From NCBI GenBank assembly GCA_003344405.1, contig NOWV01000012.1, positions 62,001 to 126,000 on the forward strand: 64,000 bases of DNA, read 5' to 3'. The stretch's first letter is position 1. The number at the start of each line of letters is the position of its first letter. Position numbers and translations under genes: made by a program. The notes under the pieces were generated by a model. The model had not been told where the DNA came from and searched no databases. It was given only the letters and a program-made list of their open reading frames with translations. The stretch is from Trichoplax sp. H2 (lineage: Eukaryota). Shown here piece by piece: positions 54,926 through 64,000 of the stretch.

Positions 54926-57900
54926 TCAGTTCTGCGTAACGTTGGCAAAACCATGTTGATGATTTGTATGATTTCCGAAAGCGAGAACTAATTGATATAC
55001 AGATAGCCCCGTTCCAGCGATGCAACATAAGCAACCAAAAATGCCAATAATAATATCTTTCGCAAGTATCCAATAGGAAATAGAAGAACGGTACGAATAA
55101 TCCGTTCCAATCTTAATTATAGCAGGAAAAATTATACACAACATACTGCCTAAGAATGCTCCCAGTAATGAAATAACTAGACCCAGCTTAGGAACTGCAA
55201 TGGCCATAGCCGCTGAAAAAATATATACGAAACCATATTAATGTGAATTTACTCGCTAAAATTTTGATACTGAATTCATTGGCACTGCATAATAGCCGGG
55301 CGAGTATTGCTAATATGATATTCTATGCAGTAATTAAAGTAATTACCGGTACCTCACAGAGTATATCGTGCACATATAATGTACCGCTAAAGTAGGATAT
55401 TCTAAAGCTGTTTTATGCTTAAGATCTTATCGATTATAGAATCAAATTCAGAAATGCTCGTATGCTATTTACCTGTTACAATAACCATTAGAGTTCGATA
55501 TGCTAGATCAATTGATGCTATTTTGATCTCGCTAGCTTCAGCTAATATAGTACGTTTCCAATATGTTATAAGGAGATTTGTTGGGACGTAGAATTGTAGT
55601 AGGTATGAGAAAAAAATACTGGTGGCATATAAACCCCGAACGCTCAGATATAGACTAAAAAATAGACGGAGAAATTGTTAGCATGATCATTCTTAAGCAT
55701 CTACTTCATAAAGAAAAGTTGATTGCTGTTAAAAAACGATTTTTTTGCAATTAAGATATTCAAATATACTACCATGGTACAGTAAAACAAAGATTAGAAG
55801 TAACAATTCTATACTGATAACTTTGATACATGTACGATAATAAATAAAGACAGTAGTAATTTAGAGGTTGGATAGGTAATATAACCAAACTAATGATAAG
55901 TAATTTTAGAAAAATGAAGAATGCAAAGTGTGAACTTTTATAAAAATTTTCCTAGATGAAATACTGTCTTTGCAATTTACTTACGGTGTTCTTGGTAAAT
56001 TAAGTGTAATGCTGCCCTTACTGTGGGAGCCGTAACGAAGATAACCTCCTACAGCCATCAACATGTAGCAGGTTGTTGTAAAAATCTGCGCTGCCCACAA
56101 AATTTTACCAAAATTTTGTGGCTTTTTCATTCTATTTTCTAGTGGAAGAACCTATGACAGAAACAATTCTGTCTATAAACTCATAAACAGGTTTCATGTT
56201 TACGTTACTTTTATCTAATCCGTATTGGAAAGTATCTGTAGAAGAGCTAGGACAATAAATATTATAATTCCATCTACAATAAAGAATAATACTCACCATA
56301 CATATGCCTTCAAAAGCAAAAATGATAGCTCCAATCGACAAAGGAATAACATTAGGGGATGCAATTAATGGTAGCTTTTCTATATGATGGATACCTTGAA
56401 AGATGTACTGGTAAATAATGATTAAACCAATGACCAAGCAAATATTTGCGAAAAATGAAAAATAAGCCAGGATATCCAGTGAGCGGATGTAACTGAAAAT
56501 TATAAGTGGAGGTACCAGTAGCAATATCCATATTCTTACGTCAAAATGACCAATTAACTAATTGTATAAAGAAATATATGATTGACTTAAGTTAAATGGT
56601 TCCTATACATGGAGTACGTACAATATATCAGGTCTAACGTTAAAACTTTCGATATACTCTGACTTATCAACTTTACCAATCTTTTGTTTTATAACATTAC
56701 ATGATATTGTAAACCTATGGGATTGTTACTTAATTGAAGGCTGTTAAGTAAAATCTTTTTATACCTGTTTAAGATTTTCTGCAATGAAAAGTATATACGT
56801 GGTGGAAAAACTGTACTGTAGCAACCATATAGCACAGTTAACGAGTTTTCTATTAGGAAAAGTTATAAAATAAACATTGTAGGCTTAAAATTAGGTGGAT
56901 ATACGTAGTTCTACTTTTAAGTCATAGTTATAAAACTTTTATAAGGCATTATTAGTTAACTGCGTGACAATCCAAGTATTAGTTAAAATGAACATGATAT
57001 TTATCTATAAATTTTATCAAAATTTACGCGAAAATTTCCATAAATACAGCATGATCATTCGATATCTTTATTATAATTATCAAGACTGGCAAAAATTTTT
57101 AGAGTACCTCACTCAATAAGTCATTTCCTTCATAATAGCTTTAGTAATGAACAGTTTGGAAAACCTTATGTAACTCGCTAACTTATCTCCGGTGAATAAT
57201 ATTTACATATCATCGATATAATAGTAAAGAATGTTTTTAAAATGATTAAACTAGAATTTTTATTTACTTTGCAAACAGTACTTTCGACATTATAGCAATT
57301 TTATAGAATTATGATTTAAGCTCCTTAATATCTCTTTATTTAAAAATATCATAAAGTGTATTTTAAAATCCTTAGCGCACAAAAAAGTCGGATTTTTATA
57401 TTATGTAAAATTTGCGTCTTTCACTTTTAAAATGTTAGTTCAGATTGTAATTCTAAACATATAATAGTTTACAATTTAAACAATTCAGTAAAAGAAATGC
57501 TATAATGTCCAGCTTTGCAGAAAGTATAGGATGCTATAAAACTGCTTTTATTATAATAACATTCTTAACTAACCTAAAATATTGGGATTTCTTTGGAAAA
57601 ACCTTATCGATACTTAATTCAGCAGTTTTTCCATAATCGGCACATGGAGTCTTGATACTGAATTAGGTAAAATTATTGCATTAGTGGATAAATTACGTTC
57701 AATGATGTGGTTGTAGATGCATCATAATTATTTAAATTTTAAATAAGATCCAAAATGATAAACATTTAATATTTTCTGCCGCCATTTATATGCAGTAATA
57801 GTGTAATATTTGTAAATAAGCAATTGAATATGTTTAAATAAAGATTTTTAATGTAAAGACTTACTGTTTGCTGATAATTTGGCTACTAAGAACCAAGATA

Positions 57901-60080
57901 TGCATGCAATGAGTGGATGTGATGGCCATAATCAGAAGGAGTGAAGGTCCAAACTAAAACACAAGAGAACATTTGTAGCATAGATCGTCAAGCAATGCTA
58001 GTGATGTGCTATTAATCTAATATGAAATTAAACGTATATGTTACATTGGATGAGATATAAACAGGAAAATACTATATTGCCGTCAAGATTTACATTACCA
58101 CAACAAAGATCAGTGAACTGAATATTTAAGCTTTTATCAAATATTGAATGCGATATCATAGATTTCAGGATAGAAGTTTGGAACTCATATATTAAAACAT
58201 CAAAGAATTTGTAGTTTATTACTTTACTATAGGATTGAATGTGGTTGAATTAATTTTCAGCTAGAATTTAAATCGACAGGAAGCCGAAAAGGGGAAATTC
58301 GTTGTATATTAGTGATATTACCATCAATAGTGGTGACTGGTAGTATTCCTTATAATGAAAAATAATATTTTATTTGTCGTCGTAAATATTTTGTATGAAA
58401 GTCATATCATTCGATTCCAATGTAGCGTTATATATGATGATATCGAAATTAACTTTTATTGCATAAAACTTAACCGTTGGACAGATTTAGCAAATGCTCA
58501 GTAACAGTGGCAACACTCATAATTTAACAAATTATGCAATCGACTGGCGGATATTTTAATATCGATTATTGAATGCCTAAATAATAATGTGCTAATATAC
58601 AGTGTTGATAATCATGGATAGTACTGGTAAAATATGTATTACTTAACATTATCTGTTAAAGAAATTCATAAATTTAGCATTATGAATGAACTAACTACAA
58701 CAATAAATTGATTACTATAAAAATTTAATCTATTTATACGCGATGCGATGGTATAACTGTCTAGTTAAAATAAAAAAAAATCGGTATTGGTAAATTAAAT
58801 CGTATGTATTATTGGATGCACTGCAATAGGGAGCAAAGCAATTTGATCGCACCATCTTTACAGCTAATACTATATCTTATATTCAACTGGTTGCATCACT
58901 GTCAATCAATTATGCTGCTGTAGATAATCTATAGACAGCTTAATAATTTGTCAGTTATTATACTATTATGGAAGATAGGGCGACAGGTCCTTAGTGGTTA
59001 CTATATGTATCGTGAAGGTGTTATCGGGTAAAATTATCATAACCAAGGAATAAAATGAGGAACTATTTCAGTGAATAGTATTTGTGTAGGTTTATCAATT
59101 AAACTATGTATCGCGGTGAAAAATATAAGTAAGATAAATAAGTTTATCGCAGTACCACAGCTCTGTACACAAACTACCGCATTTTTAGTTATACTAATGT
59201 CGTATAATGCTCAGTAATGTATATTACTTAAAACGGAAAAGCAAAGATTCGCATACAATGTTGTAGAATAGTAAGAAAGAGAAATATACCACTAATCCGG
59301 CGTGTTTCATAGCATAGGGCAGAGCCAATATACCGGTTCCGATATTGCCTTTTACCATACTCACAAATCCTTCCCAATCCCTAATAGAATATATATGTAC
59401 AATAGATAACGGGATTAACTATGGCAATCGCAGCAATCGTTATATATATATTACTTAATATTGTGATGTTACTATAACGGTTATTGTAATAATAGTTAAC
59501 AATATCATACAAGATATAGAAGAATCACATATTATAATTTTTTATTTTACAATAACAGAAAGAGGGATTTTACGATTTACGTGCGCTACGATTACAGGAA
59601 CAAATAATACAGCAAGGCAATTTTATTTACTGAAAAATCGTATTATATTAGAGTCCTTGCGCTTCTATTAAAATGTGGCATAGATAATATAGAGACAAAG
59701 TTAGTCTTACAGTCTATATGTTACGATAAATTGAACGATAGCACTGCAACATTGCAACTAATTTCGTTGTTAATACTGCATTAACAAGTAGAGTTTGGCC
59801 GTAGTTCACTATATGATAGCAGTTAATTTGAGAAGCAAAGAACGAAAACAACAGCGTTTGTAATCTTCTAAATTTATGAAATAGTGAAAATAGGAGTTTT
59901 ATACCTCAAAAGATTGCCTTGATCAGCGTTACAACTTCGTTCATTCTCCGGCAATAATCCTTCGTTCTCATTGGTGTCTATATCTGAATATTGTCCCTCA
60001 TCTTTATTGCTATCCTCTGGATTTGAAAGATATTTATTCAACTCGCCATCATTATTCATTTTAGTAGTATCGGACGCCAT
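54926..60080 (-). CDS. SLC36A: SLC36 proton-coupled amino acid transporter, copy B. Exons 60080-59905, 59380-59290, 57953-57865, 57657-57574, 56849-56765, 56557-56297, 56151-55985, 55654-55473, 55212-54926
   Basis: MVKGNIGTGILALPYAMKHAG, HCMHILV, IFAFEGICMVLPLENRMKKP, GSITLNLP, SYLLQFYVP, AIAVPKLGLVISLLGA. Same nine-exon layout as copy A. Dileucine ENEGLL. Confidence 0.92.
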
Positions 60081-63000
60081 GATTATCTTCCGTAATTACA
60101 AGTAGTATTAATTGCGAGAAGGAATTTCAATCTATCACCAAAAGTTGAGTTGAGCCCTGAGGATTCGACTAAAAATTTTAGTGCTAAAATTTCGATACAG
60201 ATTACACTCATACATTCATAACTAACTAAAATTACTAATAATTAGAATTGAAAAGCAGGGTCCAGATGACCCTGTGTTACAATCTATGACTTTATCTGTC
60301 ACTAGCTTCTAAACTTGTTATAGTACGATAAGGAGTGATTCTTCCAATCTAGCAGTTTCCACTTCAAACAGCGTTGTACATTAAGTAATTTACTGCTGAT
60401 TCAATATACGTATTTGCATAGATTAATAACTAAAATAATTATAATTATATTATAATCACGTATGCGCAGTGCACTACTAACTGCGGCAATATGATGGTGA
60501 TTATGATCTTTTTATGGACTAATCAAATAATGGCAATTATAGTACAATCGAAGTACAGTTCTGCAGACTGTAGTCTACAGTAATGGGTTGGCATGCATTA
60601 TACATATATTGTTGTACTATACCGTCATATCGCTGTATCTATGCCCTTAGGGCTTAGGTTCTAAATACATCCAAAAGAATGAATCAGTCAAGAGTATAAT
60701 TGCGACGTCGATTTGTAAGCAACGATGCGGGATAACTAGCGGTAAATAGGATAAGACAGGCGTGGACCTTAGCTACAAATCCCCAGAACTTTTGTAGTAA
60801 ATGCCCGACTAGCACAATTAAAAAGAATTGTTTAAAAAATTTGCTATTTGTTAACCTAACTGTCCGGTATACATCAGTGCAGTAATCTCAAGTGATGTCG
60901 GCAGAACCACTAAAATAATTAATTACTTTACAGTTTCTTATATATAGATACTTTTTCTTGCATAGGTCCTAGTGTTGACGGCCTAGCTTTTCTGTTCTAC
61001 TCTACTATTCTTGTAATAAGCAGTGCAATAGACGTAATAAATCCATTAATAGGGAAAAAAATCAATTAGTTCGTATTACTTATAAGTACGAAAAGATTTT
61101 GGAAAAATTTCTTTCCAGTGTAGTGCTACTAAATATAGAGAATGTAAATAAAAAATGATCTACGGTATCATTCTATTGTGAAGATTTATTATGAATTACA
61201 ATGATGTACCGTACACCTTTTCCGCCTTTGGAGTTATAATTTTTAATCCATATATCGATAGTAGCGTTAGACGATATTTTACGAGTACTATCTTAATAAA
61301 GTAGACAGACTAATTTTCTACCGTGATTGCAAATGAAAAAATTTTACCACGATGAATCAATTGCAGGCCACTATACAGTAAAGTAGATTCCAATTTGAGC
61401 CTTAATTGAAGTCGGATCATATCTGATATGGCTGGTATCACACAATGACATATTTCTTTCCATGTTCTTACTTATCCAATGGCGAAGAATAATCTGCTAT
61501 GAACTAGTGAAAATTCAGACTGCACGTTAATCCTGAAAATATACACTCCCTATCTCGTACTGAAAGTCACAATTCTAAACTAATTGCACCATTTATGATC
61601 TCCTTTTATTAATTATCGATACTAAATTATATTTATAGCATCTTGCACGAGGAAATGAATTTTCCTGACTGCATTCAATGAATCATGACGTCAGTATATA
61701 TTACACAGGGACGTTTATCAAGAAACCTTATAAGATTGTATATATACAAATGATACCATTGGATAAAAGCCATAATATATGTTAAGTATATGAATGATAT
61801 TATTTTATACAAGATTATGTACGCGTATTCATAAAATTATCGTATTTAGCGACTTGCATCATTATAGGCGAGATAAAGTCATGTTATTCTAGTAATATTT
61901 TGATCGTTAAATTAGTCGTTTGATAAACGATCGCGAAAGATTTTAAATGTAGATACTGTAGCACATCACTGACACTAAAGCTAATAATAAAGATCGCTAC
62001 TATAAATTCGTTTTGAACTATTGTAGATATTGAAGAAATAAGAAGTTGAAGAATCGCGATCAGATATTTCGTGAGATAATTTTATTATGTCTCCACCTAA
62101 CTTGCAGTCGAAATTAAATTGTTACAAACTTACAAATAATGACGAAGTGTCGCAAAATTTCAAATTAATTACCTTATAACCTTTTTATATTCGCTCTTAT
62201 TTTAATGAGAATAAACAGTTATTCTTATGAAGAATTACCTATGGAAATAACTCCCAACATGGAAAGGGAAGTACTCGTATAACACATTTAGACTAAAATA
62301 GAAATATTTTTCTATCTAATAACGTAGTCTATCCGCCACTAGAAATACGATCATTTCTCAAATAATGGTCTTAGAATATATACCTTTCACTAGTCCTGCA
62401 ATCTACTTTGCTACGGGCATATTCGATATTAGACATCGTAACGCTGTCAGCATATAGAAATATGCAAGAATTCACAGAAGTGTGGATGAAATCTTATACC
62501 AATAATCATTTAATCTGCCTCAATTATTAATAGCAAAAGTAATGTAAGGTATCAAGATATACGCCAGTCGCTAAATTATGCTATAATTTTCTAACTTTGA
62601 CCATTATCTATCATAACGTAGCATTAGGTGAGCATTACATAAAGAACAGTAGAACAAGAGAGAATACGTGTATGTTTAAAATTAAATTTATGCTAGAAAA
62701 ATGACTCATGCTACTATTATTGATATGAAATATCAACATTTTATAAATTAGTCACGCGAAATCGGCAAACTTGCTGTGTTACTAGGTCATTGCATGCTAT
62801 GTAGTCGTCTACGTACAGTGTGACATACAAACACGCTGCGCCTGCTTACCTGCCTGAGGTATGCATTTAATAAAGCAAATCTTAGTAACTTTGCATATGC
62901 CTGAAAGTACGAAGAGAGCATTTTATTTCAATTTATTTCTAAAAGGAAATAATGCAAATCCTCAATTCTAAAAGGTAGTATTGAAATACTTTTGAAATAA

Positions 63001-63305
63001 TTGACAACAAAATCATTAGGATCTTCTTTGATCATTAGTCTCAACGATCACATGAATAGACTGGCGCTTGTATTATTCGTAATACTGTAATTGTATAGGT
63101 GATATAGTGGACTAAGTACATCAATTGATTCACATTACATCATCGCTCATATTAAGTTGAAAGTAGAGAATTTAATTTACGATATCTACATTCGTTTTTG
63201 TACAGCTGGGTGGTCGCGATGTCACGAAAGAAAAGAATAATCCAGAGTGACTGCCTAAAATAGTAATACTTTAATAAAAAATTACTAGCACTTGCTCCTA
63301 CACGA

Positions 63306-63974
63306 TTAACGCTTCTCAGGTTTTAAGGTTGGAGGTTTGAAAGCCGTCTTTTGATACTTTTCTTTATGTTTACTAACTCCTCCAGTTTTAAAATTCCTCC
63401 AATTATCAACTCTGTTCGTTCGAGATTTCTAAATATGCAATAAAGAGGAATTACAGTTACTATATGAAGAAAATCTATCAGCGTAGGGATGCAGTAAAAT
63501 TTCTTTAGATAACTCAACGCTGGCAATTCATCTATACTATTTTCTTGTTTATACCGTATTTATGTAATAGTATAATCTTGAATTCATACATAGTTCACGC
63601 TATAATTGTTTATCGGTTGATACATAAATACGATAGGATATAGGTATACAGTCAGTTACCTCCCAAGCATCTTTGAACTTTGCCTCCTTCTTTTTTCTTT
63701 CTTCTTCTACTATTTCTTCGTTCCTTTGACGCTTTCTACAAAGAGATTAAATTAACTAAACGTGCATCTATAAAAGATAACTTTGAAACATCTAATGCAT
63801 ATAAACAGGTAGTGCGCAATGATATCTTTAATAGATAAACTATTCCGATTTTAAGAGCTCCAAATTGATGTTTTTAAATTACTTTTCTTCGGTTTCTCTC
63901 CTTTCTAATTGCTTTCTTCTTAATTCGTAGTCGGCAAACAATTTAACTGTAGTGTTACGAACGAATTTCTTCAT
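63306..63974 (-). CDS. DNAJC8: DnaJ homolog subfamily C member 8, 3' exons only (5'-partial). Exons 63974-63883, 63735-63660, 63428-63306
   Basis: Spliced translation ..TTVKLFADYELRRKQLERRETEEK/KRQRNEEIVEEERKKKEAKFKDAWE/KSRTNRVDNWRNFK..FKPPTLKPEKR* matches the DNAJC8 C-terminus as I recall it (TMKLFAELE..KRQREEE..SRDGRVDSWRNF..RPPKVKMEQR). Not present in the ORF track in this frame. Confidence 0.85.
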
Positions 63975-64000
63975 CTAGATATGTAAAAGAATTACTCCAA

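Noticed and set aside
63323-63526. 67-aa ORF
   Set aside because: Wrong frame over the last DNAJC8 exon plus intron.

Overview
AT-rich eukaryotic (animal) genomic DNA with short GT-AG introns and one 20-N assembly gap. The compact, intron-dense style would fit a placozoan such as Trichoplax, but that is inference and is unverified. Spliced genes reconstructed by hand: the 3' part of a divergent dynein heavy chain (+, <1-5229); an EHD ATPase with an intronless core and an unusual hydrophobic C-terminal tail (-); a ~15.6 kb, ~30-exon GCK-I/MAP4K kinase (-) with kinase, ~1000-aa low-complexity linker and CNH domain, which joins several 'orphan' ORFs of the ORF track; a sialin-like SLC17 transporter (-); cytoplasmic arginyl-tRNA synthetase (-); two tandem SLC36 amino-acid transporters (-); and the 3' end of DNAJC8 (-). 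Non-coding features: a 170-bp dispersed repeat seen as a filled/empty site pair across the gap, a three-copy ~87-bp repeat array invaded by CAGTA/TACTG pentamers, and related hairpin elements upstream of both SLC36 genes. No tRNA, rRNA, CRISPR array or intact transposase was recognised. All exon coordinates were read by eye and need transcript confirmation.
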